DNA of 64,000 nucleotides from Octopus sinensis (Eukaryota), in the NCBI RefSeq assembly GCF_006345805.1, contig NC_043021.1:2976001-3040000 (forward strand), written 5' to 3'. A model generated the notes under the pieces. It did no database searches, was not told the origin of the DNA, and saw only the letters and a list, made by a program, of their open reading frames with translations. Below, piece after piece: positions 14,251-27,943 of this stretch (position 1 is its first letter; the number at the start of each line of letters is the position of its first letter). The position numbers and the translations under genes were made by a program.

Positions 14251-14669
14251 TTAGACCCAAGTCCCTAAAGAAGACATTTACTGTCTAGCTGAAGTAGGAG
14301 CAGGAAATGCAGCCAGCAAGAAGAATGATTTAGTTTCGATGAGGGTTTTATATGTGGGTATATATGTATGTGTATATAACACACAAATATACACACACAC
14401 ACAAACACACACAAACACACACACACATATGCATGCACACGTACGCACACACACACACATATGCATGCACACGTACGCACACACACACACTCAAACAGAC
14501 ACACACAAATAAATATGCACACACACACAAACACACACATGCATGCACACGCACGCACACACACACACTCAAACAGACACACAAATAAATATGCACACAC
14601 ACACATATATATATATACATATATACACAATATATATATATATATATATATATATTAATATATATATAT

Positions 14670-14750
<81 letters not shown>

Positions 14751-15134
14751 CGATGGACTTATCTCTCCCAATTTCTTCCCAATTTCCATTTCTCAAATTC
14801 CCTCTCAAGCTATTGGTCAGAATCCAGGGCTATAGTAGAAAATACTTGCGACTATGTGGTTCCTGGTTCAATTCCACTAGTGCAGTAGAATTGAACCAGA
14901 AACCACACAGTTGCAAAGTGAGCTTCTTAACTACATAGCCCATGCTATGTATTTATTTGGAATCAACTTGACCAACAATAAACCAGCTTTAAGAATCTTT
15001 CTGATGATATAATAATGAGGAAGTTGAGTGGGAGATGCAGAGGAAGACATACAAATATTCAAATGGTAAAAAAAAAAAAACTATTTCATATTTTTTTTAT
15101 TTACGGTTAATATGTTGATAGTGTTGGGATATAC

Positions 15135-15547
15135 TCTTTTACTCTTTTACTTGTTTCAGTCATTTGACAGCAGCCATGCTGGAGCACCGCCTTTAGTCAA
15201 GCAAATCGACCCCGGGACTTATTCTTTGTAAGCCCAGTACTTATTCTATCGGTCTCTTTTGCTGAACCGCTAAGTGACGGGGTGGTAAACACACCAGCAT
15301 CGGTTGTCAAGCAATGCTAGAGGGACAAACACAGACACACAAACACATACACACACATACATATATATATATATATACATATATACGACAGGCTTCTTTC
15401 AGTTTCCGTCTACCAAATCCACTCACAAGGCATTGGTCAGCCCGGGGCTATAGCAGAAGACACTTGCCCAAGATGCCATGCAGTGGGACTGAACCCGGAA
15501 CCATGTGGTTGGTTAGCAAGCTACTTACCACACAGCCACTCCTGCGT
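15135..15547 (-). mobile_element. Family A SINE, full length
   Basis: Near-identical to 3985-4387. Confidence 0.9.
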
Positions 15548-15801
15548 GTATTGTTAATGAATGTTAATGAAAAATGTTAATGAAAAATATATAAAATCTG
15601 TTGTTAAGACTGAAGGTAGTGCAGGCTGTGTGTGACTCAAATCAGCTCTTGTTCATTTAAAAAGCTCCCATGTTACATCATTATCCAATAAATGTTCTTA
15701 AAAAACAGTTTCTTCTCGTTATGGTAACCAGACGGTATTCATTTATTTATATATTTTATGATATATATATGTATGTGTAGTGATGTATGTATATGTGTAT
15801 G

Positions 15802-15834
<33 letters not shown>

Positions 15835-16113
15835 TATATATTATAGATATATATATATATATATAATATATAGACGTGAATATGTTTTATGCACATTTAC
15901 AAAAGTGTTTGTGTGTGTGTGTGTATCTATACACACACATACACACATATACAGACATATATAAGTAATATGTAGTATATATGTATTTGTATATATATAT
16001 ATATATAATATATATACATACATAATATATATATATGTGCACATACACACACAAGTATATATATATATATATAGTTTAGGACAATCAGTAAGTTGTCATA
16101 ATAGGACATAATT

Positions 16114-16168
<55 letters not shown>

Positions 16169-16679
16169 GAATATATTATATAATGATATATGAAACTGTA
16201 TGTACGTATATGTTTTTATTACGTGAGTATGTAAGTGTGTGTGTTTTCACATTTTTAAAAACAAAATTTTTTTATCATTATTCTCTTAATTTGTTTCTTC
16301 TTGATTGTCCTCAGCAAACAAAGTTTCTCGTTTGGCTGTTTAGTGTACAAAGTCAGTATTGAAGGTAACAGCATGGAATTTTCTAGACAAATCTTGTCAG
16401 AAGTGTGAAAAACAAAAATAAAAAGAGATCCCTGCATAGTTTTTTTTCTTCTTCTTTTTTTTAGTTATCTTTTATCTTGCTTTTCTGTCTTATCCTTTCT
16501 TCACTTTGTTGCCTTCAGTTGTTTTGTTTCCCTTTCTTTCTTCTTTTATTTCCATCATTGAATAGAAAGAAGTACAGAATTAGGCAATAAAGAGAGAGAG
16601 AAAAAGAATTAGGTGTATATATATATATATATTATATATATATATATATAGATAGATAGATAGATAGATATATATTGTT

Positions 16680-17102
16680 TAACTCGAGGAATGTGAAGAC
16701 GCAGGCTGGAAAGTGGAACATTTTCCTATCGAAGTCGAATGTAGAGGGTTTGTTGGACACAGTGTGAGACGACTGTTGTTATCGCTAGGCCTAACTCATC
16801 GTAAAGTCAATACCACCATGACTGATATCCAATCTACAGTGGAGAAGGCTACCCACTGGATTTGGTTAAAAAGAGACGATGAGCGATGGCTAGAAGTATA
16901 TTGAGTTTAACTTCATAACCAGCTGATCTAGCAAGCGGGGCGTCATATCAGTGAGGGGGGCCGGTGCGCATTGATGCCGTCGAGAGGAAGGCCCCGAAAC
17001 GGCACGCATTCTCTCCTGATGACCCCATACACTTGCTAGCTTCCGGTATACGGAGCTTTTAACTGGTAGCACTTGCATGTGCAAGTTGTTTGCAAGACAT
17101 CT
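16680..17102 (+). mobile_element. 5'-truncated HERO-like non-LTR retrotransposon: RLE C-terminus plus structured 3' UTR
   Basis: LEECEDAGWKVEHFPIEVECRGFVGHSVRRLLLSLGL...VEKATHWIWLKR matches the HERO/R2-superfamily C-terminal pattern (PVEVGCRGF...ASxWLWLKR). Stop at 16904; flanked by TA/GATA microsatellite. Confidence 0.8.
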
Positions 17103-17380
17103 ATATATATATATGTCTTTTATCTTTGCACTTGTTTCAGTCATTAGACTGCAGCCATTCTGGGACATTGCTTTGGAGAATTTTTTAGTCGAATGAATTG
17201 ACCCCAGAATTTATTTTTTAAAGCCTGGTGCTTAATCTATTGGTGTCTTTTGCTGAACCGCTAAATTATGGCAATGTAAACTCACCGGTTGCCATGTTGT
17301 GGTGGGGGACAAACACACACACACACACACACATGTATGTGTATATATATACATATATATATATATATTATATATATATA

Positions 17381-17427
<47 letters not shown>

Positions 17428-17714
17428 CACAGGTGTGGCTGTGTGGTAAGATACTTGCTTCCCAACCGCATGGTTCTGGGTTCAGTTCCTACTGGGTAAG
17501 TGTCTTCTACTACAGCCTCAGGCTGACCAAAGCCTTATGAGACAGAAACTGAAAGAAGCCCATTGTGTCATCATCATCATCATCATCGTTTAACGTCCGC
17601 TTTCCATGCTAGCATGGGTTGGACGATTTGACTGAGGACTGGCAAACCAGATGGCTACACCTGACTCCAATCTGATCTGGTGCAGGCGTCTGGTTCGCCA
17701 GTCCTCAGATGGCT

Positions 17715-17769
<55 letters not shown>

Positions 17770-17921
17770 TTGTGTGTTCGTGTCTGTGTTTGTTCCCTCA
17801 CATCCCCTTCATCACTTGACAACTGATGTTGGTGTGATGTCGGCATGTTGGTGTGCAAAAAGGACCAATAGAATAAGTACACACACACACACACACACAT
17901 ACACACACACACACACACATA

Positions 17922-17969
<48 letters not shown>

Positions 17970-18593
17970 TGTGTTATGCTAAAAAGCAGTGCATAGTGCC
18001 AGAATTTTCAGCTCTAGTCCAATCGTTTTTAGAGTATCTGCATAAGTGGAGCTTCAACCGGCCAGTCTGTACCGTTGTTGAGTTATACAAGATTCTATAA
18101 TGAAGTTACACCAAGTAGTGATTCTTCAAAATCATTCAATACGTAAGTTCCGGGTTGGTGAAATACACAATAGGAAATGCATCCATTACATAAACCTTTC
18201 TACCATAGCTCCAGGCTATCCAAAGCCTTACAAGTGGAATTGGTAGATGAAAAGTGATAAAAGCCTATCCCCTGTGTGTATGTGTGTGAGAGAAAGAATG
18301 AGAAAGAGAGAAGAGAGAGAGAGAGAGAAAGAGAGAGAGACAGCACATGTTAATGTTGCTGAATATTGGTAAAATGGTTCTCACTATCATAAGACAATGT
18401 CATTCATTCCCCAGTATTCTGTGAGAACATGTCTGGCAATGGAAAAATACAATATAACCTTGCTTGGAGAAAGGTGAGGGTTGGCAACAGGAAAGGCATA
18501 GAAAAAGCTGCCTCAAAAACTAACCCATGCAAGCATGGGGAAGACATTACAATCATGATGATGATGGTGTGCGTGTGTGTGTGTGTATGCATG

Positions 18594-18657
<64 letters not shown>

Positions 18658-18957
18658 ATTGTCAACTGAAAATTGTAGTTGTGATACTTGTACCGGTGGC
18701 ACATAAAAAGCACCCACTACACTCACAGAGTGGTTGGCTTTAGGAAGGGCATCCAGCTGTAGAAACACTGCCAGATCAGATTGGAGCCTGGTGCAGCCTC
18801 CTGGCTTCCCAGACCCCGGTTGAACCATCCAACCCATGCTAGCATGGAAAACGGACATTAAACGATGATGATGATGATGATGATGATGTCAGTAAATCCC
18901 AAATCTGAAAGAGAAGCACATTCTAAGTTATGGAGAAGTAGAGTAATTAGATAAAGA

Positions 18958-19226
18958 TAGTTATGGCTGGTCTGTCGGGTTACCCTAGGTTTCATGTCCT
19001 TAAAGTGCTTAGCTTTATGGCATTTCTACAGACTCTAATTGCCGGTGGCCTATAATCTCTCTTTATTCCTTTGCCCATGCATTCAACAAGTAGCTACAAG
19101 GTCTTTTCTCCCTCCACTTTAATGAGAGGTCAAAGGCCACTGGCCGTTGGGGTCTGAAGAAACACTGTAAAGCTAAGCGCTTTATGGACGTGAAATCCAG
19201 AGTAATCCCATAGACAAGCCATAACT
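18958..19226. mobile_element. MITE-like element with ~90-bp imperfect TIRs
   Basis: TTATGGCT...GGTGGCCT (18960-19052) versus AGGCCACT...AGCCATAAC (19134-19226); a related half-copy near 28370-28460. Confidence 0.7.
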
Positions 19227-19506
19227 GTCATTATTTAATTACACACACACATCATCATCATCATCATCATCGTCGTCTAACGTCTGTTTTCCGTGCTAGC
19301 ACGGGTTGGATGGTTCGACCGGGGTCTGGGAAGCCAGGGCTGCACCAGGCTCCAGTCTGATCTGGCAATGTTTTTACGGCTGGATGCCCTTCCTAACGCC
19401 AACCACTCCGCGAGTGTAGTGGGTGCTTTTTACATGCCACCGGCACAGGTGCCGGGGGAGGCTGGCAGCAGCCACGATAGGTTGGTGCTTTTAATGTGCC
19501 ACACAA

Positions 19507-19538
<32 letters not shown>

Positions 19539-20469
19539 GGAAGGTTGGTTGTTATGGTTGGTCAGAGAGTGACTATTGGTTTTGCACATATAAAGTGCTT
19601 AATTTATGTGTAAAAACCAATGGTCACTCTCTGACTGGCCATAACAGTCAACCTTCTAAATATATTACTGCTCTAATGGTTCAGATTGCTGTGGGGTTGG
19701 AAGAATGGACTGGCCAAACTCTTACAAAGAGTAGTGTATTGGTTGAGATGAGAGAGGTCATAGGAGTCGTTGAGAATTTATGGAAGTCGCAGGAAGTCGT
19801 TGAGATTGTTGAGAGTTTGTATTTATTGGAGTATCATGTTTAGTGGAGTAATTTGAAGTATGTCGTGTGAAGACAGATGTGTCTATCCCTGCTTCAGGAA
19901 ATCTGTATGTCCAACTTATAGAAGGATATAAAAATGGCGATGAGGATGTCCACTTATAAAAGTGGTGATGAGTTTATTCGGAGCTTATGTCAGATGTTGA
20001 CATTTTCTTTGGATACAAAATCAAAGAAAAATTAGTTAACATGGAAGACTTTATTAGTCTCCATGGTGCAGCTGCAACAGCAAAACAATACCAACAGTTG
20101 CTGGAATTAATGCTGAAGTCCAAACGCAATTACAGCCCAGAAAAAGGTAGAACTTTTTCTGCATATTTCTGAAGATATGAAGAAATCTTCAAAGAGGAAT
20201 ACGAAAATTGAACGGACAACAAAAAGGTATGACTACTTTTAAGAAAATTATCCCCAGCTGAACATGAAAAATACTATAACAACTTTCTGCCCCCACCCAA
20301 AAACCTTTCCAGACAGACAAGTATGCACAATATATGTATGTATGTATGTTATAGGCTTCTGTACAGTTTCCAACTGACTTTAAAATTTCAATCCTTGGCA
20401 AAGTCATTGCCTGCATTTCCTTAGTATAAATAAATTTTATGCTTTACACACACACACACACATATATAT

Positions 20470-20672
20470 AAATGTGACCTCGTGTGTACCGTTGGGGATT
20501 TTTTTTCCTCTGTCTTCCCTTCTCTGGATCTTTCCTTCTCCTATGTTTCCGACGAAAAGCTCCGCTCGAAACATTAAACCCTCCTTCTTTCCTTCTTTCC
20601 TGAGCGTCCAATAATACTATATTTGTTCCACGTCCTCGCGCTGGTCGTGTTTTTTTGTGCTTTCTTGTTTGG
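20470..20672 (+). mobile_element. Penelope-like terminal (pLTR-type) fragment with minimal hammerhead-like motif
   Basis: CCGACGA-AAAGC-TCC-GCTC-GAAACATTA at 20549-20576; CT-rich element between microsatellites; related copy at ~26940-27120. Confidence 0.55.
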
Positions 20673-20685
20673 ATTAACTATATAT

Positions 20686-20747
<62 letters not shown>

Positions 20748-20767
20748 TATATATATATATTGTATAT

Positions 20768-20862
<95 letters not shown>

Positions 20863-20867
20863 GTATA

Positions 20868-20904
<37 letters not shown>

Positions 20905-20939
20905 GTGTATAGTATATATTATATGTATATGTATATATA

Positions 20940-20987
<48 letters not shown>

Positions 20988-21579
20988 ATGTATATATATA
21001 TTTACATATATATTAAGTTAATGTTTGAATGTAAAGCATTATGTATGTATTAATACATGTGTGAATGAGTATATATATGATGCTTGTATATGTATGTATA
21101 TCTATTTATATAGATATAATATACACTCACATATATATAACATGCACACAAAAACACATCATCGTCTAACGTCTGCCTTCCATGCTGGCATGGGTACACA
21201 CACACACACACACACACACACCCACGCACGCACGTGCACACGCACACACACACACGCACACACACACACACACTCGTGTACATATTGAAATAACCATAGA
21301 AGTCCATATACATTAACAACAGTGCACCAAAATGAAAGAAAAATGCTAAAAGGTGAGCCAAGTGAAAATTAACTCACATCTCACCAAGGTAACAGCTTCT
21401 GATTAATCTGCAAGATGAACTTTTAACACCTGTATTTAGAGTGGCTTTTGATGTTATTAACGAAGTGTGACAACACATGTGGATGACTCTGTGTGTGGGT
21501 GTGTGTGTGTGATTTTTAAGCCTTATAAAGACATCAAGAAAGAAATTCGGTATGTTATGTAGAGTAAATAAAAATATTA

Positions 21580-22010
<431 letters not shown>

Positions 22011-22894
22011 TCAAATTTTGGTACAAGGCTGGCAAGTCTGGGGAGGGATTAAGTTGATTATATTGACCCTGAAAGGCTGGAAGGCAAAATCAACCTCAGG
22101 GGTAATTTGAACTCAGAATGTAAAGACAGACAAAATACCACTAAGCATTTTGCTCAGTGTGCTACCGATTCTGCCAGCTTGCTGCATTAATAATAATAGT
22201 AAGTCATCAATAGAAAGTTCAGAGCTTAAAAAGTGAAAGCATTTTGAATTAGAAAAAGAAATTAAAAATCAACAGATGGCAAAAAACTTCTCGTGGGTCA
22301 TTGTGTGTATGTGTGTGTGTGTAAGTCAGAAATGCATCTGGTACTCTCACTGGCTGCTGATGGGATGAATTTTTGTCTTTTTCTGATATTTGTGTTTTTC
22401 ACACCGCGAGTCCATAAGAGATGTTATCTCTGGATAAATACTGCAGTAACTGGCCTACCAATAACGTACTTACATAAAGTGTGACACATAGATGACTATT
22501 TTAATGATATACTGTTTCAATTGCTTTACCAGATATACACCCACCCACACATACATAGGAATACATTCAAACATATATACATATGTATTTTAGATTATTA
22601 AAAACAAACTAGGCCATCTGCCTCTTAAATGGAAAATGATATAAAGTAAATAGATCTTGTTACTTAGATACAGATTTTGTGGTATTAAGTTGCCAAGTAA
22701 TGAGTCTCCACCTGGAGCAAATGCAAATTTATCTCAGGTAATATTCTGAGATAACTTCCTTCTTCTTTCTGGCAATCATGTTAAATGAGCAGAGAAAATG
22801 AACTGTGTTTCCCAAATAACGAATAAAACACCTGTAATGTATTTGAACTAAACACTTATGAGCTTTTAGACTAGATACTATGTCTGATTATTTA

Positions 22895-23977
22895 CAAGGT
22901 GGTATCAAAAAGTTCCAGGACTAATTTAATAAAAAAATAACTAATTTACCTAAGTTTTAAGATCATCTCCTTTGAAATAGTTACCTTGTGCAGCAATGCA
23001 CTGGTCCTTCCACTTTTGTAATTTGGTCTGGAAGTCAATTTCCATGAGTAAGTTAAGGGCCTTCTGTGATTCACTCTGGATCTTGACAACAGTGTTAAAA
23101 TGATGACCTTTGAGCTGCATTTTCATCTTGGGGAAGAGATGGAAGTCTACAGGTGCTAAATTTGGTGATTAGGGTAGGTGTGGAAGCAATACCTATTTCT
23201 TTACTACCCACAAGGGGCTACACACAGAGGGGACAAACAAGGACACAGACAAAGGGATTAAGTCGATTACATCGACCCAGTGCATAACTGGTACTTTATT
23301 TATCGACCCCAAAAGGATGAAAGTCAAAGTCGACCTCGGCGGAATTTGAACTCAGAACGTAACAGCAGACGAAATACGGTTACGCATTTCGCCCAGCGAG
23401 CTAATGTTTCTGCCAGCTCGTCACTTTGGTGAGAAACTCATGAGTGAGGAGAGCTCAGTGAAGAATCCAATTCTTTGCACTCTACAGATCTGGTTGCTTT
23501 CACCAAATTTCCTCACTCAAATGCGCCAAAATGTTGTAGAACTCTCAGTTGATGGTCTGGCCCTGGAGAATGAATTCTCAATGCACAATACCACATTTCT
23601 TGTGGTGACACTTGTCACGGGTCTTCCCTATCACAGGTTTTTCCACTTTTGAAGCACCGATGCCACACGAAGCATTGTGTATGACCCATTGCCTCATTAC
23701 TGTAAGCTTGCTGAAACATACTCAATGCCTCAGTAGCAGACTTCCTAAGTTTAATGCAAAATTTCATGTTGGCTCTTTATTCCTTCATGACAAAATCACA
23801 AACTACAGCATACATGGGATCACAAAAAGAGAAATTTCACAACTTGTGAAGTAAACACAGCAGTGTCACTCAGCACACTGCCTCAATCACTGCTAGCTCT
23901 CACTGCACATGCAACCATGTGCTGCCATCTGTTGGCATGCTATAGAACTAGTCCAGGAACTTTTTGATACCACCTCA
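22895..23977 (-). mobile_element. Decayed mariner (DD34D-type) transposon with TIRs, internally deleted, carrying a family B SINE at 23189-23420
   Basis: TIRs CAAGGTGGTATCAAAAAGTTCCAGGACTA and TAGTCCAGGAACTTTTTGATACCACCTCA; TA at left. Minus frames read KQPDL*SAKNWILH and LPHLP*SPNLAPVDFHLFPKMKMQLKG...CIAAQGNYFKGD. Confidence 0.88.
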
Positions 23978-24382
23978 TTTATGTTATTTCAGATTTTGCT
24001 GTTTATGTTATTTCAGATCTTACTTTTTATCAGTTGGCATGTCTAAGAACTGATCAGCAAATAATTCATTTGCTGAAAATATAAACAAAGTCACTAGCCT
24101 GTTTGGCTGATGAGAAACATATTGAAACACCAGTGTTCCAGAATGCCTTGCAATGAGCTGAATGTGTCCAGAACATAGTGTCATTGTAAAAGGCAGAAGA
24201 GCTGTTCTGTGACATACACGACAGCAACCAGTATATTTTGCATCTGGACCTGCCTTGACATATTACAAACAAATATGCAAATTTTAATTTTAAATCTTGC
24301 TGTACATGGTACAAATAATGATCTTTGCTTTTGTCTGTTGGTAGATATAAGCACCAAACAGAAAACAATTTATTTGCTGAAA

Positions 24383-24800
24383 TAGGCGCAGGAGTGGCTG
24401 TGTGGTAAGTAGCTTTCTTACCAACCACATGGTTCCGGGTTCAGTCCCACTGCATGGCACCTTGGGCAAGTGTCTTCTGCTATAGCCTCGGGCCGACCAA
24501 TGCCTTGTGAGTGGATTTGGTAGACGGAAACTGAGAGAAGCAAGTCGTATATATGTATTAATATATATGTATGTGTGTGTATATGTTTGTGTGTCTGTGT
24601 TTGTACCCCCTAGCATTGCTTGACAACCGATGCTGGTGTGTTTAGGTCCCCGTCACTTAGCGGTTCGGCAAAAGAGACCGATAGAATAAGTACTGGGCTT
24701 ACAAAGAATAAGTCCTGGGGTCGATTTGCTCGACTAAAGGTGGTGCTCCAGCATGGCCGCAGTCAAATGACTGAAACAAGTAAAAGAGTAAAAAAGAGTA
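24383..24800 (+). mobile_element. Family A SINE, full length
   Basis: Consensus head AGGCGCAGGAGTGGCTGTGTGG through tail GAAACAAGTAAAAGAG. Confidence 0.9.
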
Positions 24801-25471
24801 AGAGTATAAACAAAGCTACCAGCTTGTTTAGGTTCAAAGATCTGAGTACTTCTGGCTGATGAAATACTGGTGTCCCAGAATCCTTTGTACCAAGACACTT
24901 TGTTAAAAGCACTTTGTCATTGTAAAAGAGAGAAGCTGTCCTGTGATATATACAACAGCAACCAGCATATTTTGTGTTCAAACCTGCCTTGACATGTTGT
25001 GAATAGATATGCAAATAATCATTTGAGATCTCGCTGTACACTGCAAATAGTGGGGGTTTTTTTGCTTGTTGGCAGATACAAGCACTAACGGAAAATAATT
25101 TATTCACTGAAAGTATAAAGAAAGCCACTGGTTTGTTAAGGATTAGAGGTCTGGGTACTTCTAGCTGAGAAACAATATATCAAAACTCTATTGTCCAAGA
25201 ATCCCTTGCACCAATGAGTCAAATGTGTTAAAAACCCACTGTCATTGTAAAAGGGAGAAGCTGTTCTGTGACATACACTAAATCTTTATTATAGGCATAT
25301 AGCCTGGACAAAGAGTGGACATAACAAGGACAGACACAACACCACAGTGGGGACAATAAACATAAAACGAATGAGGATGAATATTATATAAAAATGGAAA
25401 ATGAAATGACTGCACGGGCCCCACTCCTCATGCAGTACCATTTGAATGTTTGTACACACTATATTACAATA

Positions 25472-25692
25472 AAGGCAGCGAGCTGGCAGAAACGTTAGCA
25501 CGCCGGGCGAAATGCTTTGCGGTATTTCGTCTGCCGTTACGTTCTGAGTTCAAATTCCGCCAAGGTCAACTTTGCCTTTCATCCTTTCGGGGTCGATAAA
25601 AAAAGTACCAGTTACGCACTGGGGTCGATATAATTGGCTTAATCCCCTTGTTTGTCCCCTCTGTGTTTAGCCCCTTGTGGGTAGTAAAGAAA
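25472..25692 (+). mobile_element. Family B SINE, full length with TSD
   Basis: TATATTACAAT present on both sides. Confidence 0.88.
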
Positions 25693-26356
25693 TATATATT
25701 ACAATCATGCTATTATTGTCTGTTATTTTTTCTTAATTATCATTTTTTTTCCATTTGAAGCACTTTTCCATTCTGTGACATACACTACTGCAGTTGGCAT
25801 ATTTTGCATTCAAACCTGCCTTGACATATTCATCTCAGATCTTGCTGTACACTGCAAACAATAAATAAAAACAGAAATAATGATTTTTTTTTTTTTTCTG
25901 TCTGTTGGCATTAATAAGCACCAATCAGATAACAATTTATTTGCTGAAATCAAGATGGCGAGCTGGCAGAATTGTTAGCGCACCAGGCAAAATTTCTTAG
26001 TGGCATTTCATCAGTCTTTACATTCTAAGTTCAAATCCTGCCAAGGCCAACTTTACCCTTCATCCTTTTGGGATTGACAAAGTAAGTACCACTTGAACAC
26101 TAGAGTTACCCTGCTCTCCTGAAATTGCTGGCCTTGTGCCAACATTTGAAATCAATTTATTTGCTGAAAGTATAAAGAAAACCACTGTTTTTTTTAGGTT
26201 CAAGGGCCAAATACTTTTGGCTGATGAAACACTGGTGTCCCAGGATCCCTTGTGCAAATGAGCTGAGTGTGTTAAGAATATACTGTTATAATGGGCAGCA
26301 TCTAACATGGTTTGTCTTCTAATCTGCCTGAACATATTAAGAATAAATCTGTAAAT

Positions 26357-26527
26357 ATATTCTGTTGTGTCTGGAGAGAGTCATTTTCTTTTTGTGCTGA
26401 AAAGGTTGCAAGATGCAACGAAAATTTTAGGAAAATAAAAATAAGAAAAAAGTGGAAATTTTACTGTGAGTGTGTTACATAATAAGGCACAAAAAGAAAA
26501 TAATTCTCCCCAGACACAACAGAATAT
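26357..26527. mobile_element. MITE-like element with ~41-bp TIRs
   Basis: ATATTCTGTTGTGTCTGG...TTTTCTTTTTGTGC versus GCACAAAAAGAAAA...CCAGACACAACAGAATAT. Confidence 0.75.
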
Positions 26528-27144
26528 GCTTCAACACACGAACTCATATAAAGAATCTTGCAAACCAAATCCAAAAACGAAATATAAATATAATGGGGCA
26601 GTCACTGATTTGTTGCATTTCTGATTGCCCGAGTGACAAGGGAGTGTCTGCAACTCGCTCAGAACAAACATTGCAAATGATTTTGTTCAAACAAACATCA
26701 GTTTTTTGGTTTTCTCAATGATGTTCACATCCTTTACTGATATACATTAGCAAAAGAGCAGGTATGGCTGTGTAGTTAAGAAGCTTGCTTACCAATCATG
26801 TGGTCTTGAGTTCAGTCCCATTTTGCAGCACCTTGGGTAAGTGTCTTGGTAGACAGAAATTAAAAGACATTGGTCATATGTGAGTGTGTGTGTGTGTGTA
26901 TTTCCATTTCTGGCTACTTCAGCCATGTAATTACACATGAGCTTTTCTTAGACACTTTTTCCTCCTCTCAAGACTTTTCTTCTCTCCTCTTTCTGATGAA
27001 GAACATTGCTTGAAATGTCACACACACACCCTCTTTTTTTCTGTCTTAAACTGAGTGTCAACCTAATACATTGTCCTTTTGACTTTTGTTATTTTGTTTT
27101 TATTTTTATTTTCAAGTTGCCTATATATATATATATATATATAT

Positions 27145-27275
27145 AGTTGCCATTATGGTTAATACCCTTAAACCAGTCTATAACAGACTTGCTATTACCC
27201 CAAATCCATAAATCTTCTGATTCTCTATCTAGCTTGTTTAGAATAGAATCTAATATACTTTTGCTAGTAATTCCT
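27145..27275 (-). pseudogene. Penelope-like RT N-terminal remnant
   Basis: Minus frame GITSKSILDSILNKLDRESEDLWIWGNSKSVIDWFKGI resembles the PLE pattern ISKxILDxIN...QWKNSxSVIxWFKxI. Confidence 0.5.
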
Positions 27276-27905
27276 ATTTCCTATTTCCATTTTGTTTCAG
27301 CCATACTGGAGCACCGCCTTGGAGAATCTATTAGTTGAATGAATTGGTCCCAGTACTTATATTCAGCCTCATATTTATTCTGTCTTTTGCTAAACCATTA
27401 AGTTATGGGGATGTAAACAGACCAACACCAGTTGTCAAGCAATGGTGGAGGACAAACACAGACACAGACACACACATATATATATGCACAATGGGTTTTT
27501 TTCAGTTTCTGTCTACCAAATCCATTTGTTCAGTATGGACCAAATCGACTTCAATCAGCCCAAGGCTATAGTAGGAGACATTTGCCCAAGGTGCCATGCA
27601 GTGGGACTGAACACAGAACCATGTGGTTGGGAAGCAAGCTTCTTACTGCACAGCCACTTTTGGTTTCAAATTTTGGCACAAGGCCAGTAATTTCGGGGGA
27701 AGGGTTAAGTTGATTACAATGACCCCAGTGCTTAACAGGTACTTATTTTATTGACCTCAAAAGGGATGAAAAGTACAGTTGACCTCAGTGGAATTTGAAC
27801 TCAGAATGCAAAGATGGACGAACTTCTACTCAGCATTTTGCTCGGCATACTAACAATTCTTCCTGCTCACCATCTTTATTTATACATACATACACACATA
27901 CTTAC

Positions 27906-27943
<38 letters not shown>

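Larger units (their letters stand above)
24065..26300. repeat. Diverged tandem array of a ~320-bp unit (about 3.5 copies) broken by SINEs
   Basis: Shared blocks GTCATTGTAAAAG-GAGAAGCTGT-CTGTGA-ATA, CCTGCCTTGACAT and AATTTATT-GCTGAAA at ~24065-24382, 24810-25110, 25110-25280 plus 25775-25950, and 26155-26300. Confidence 0.75.
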
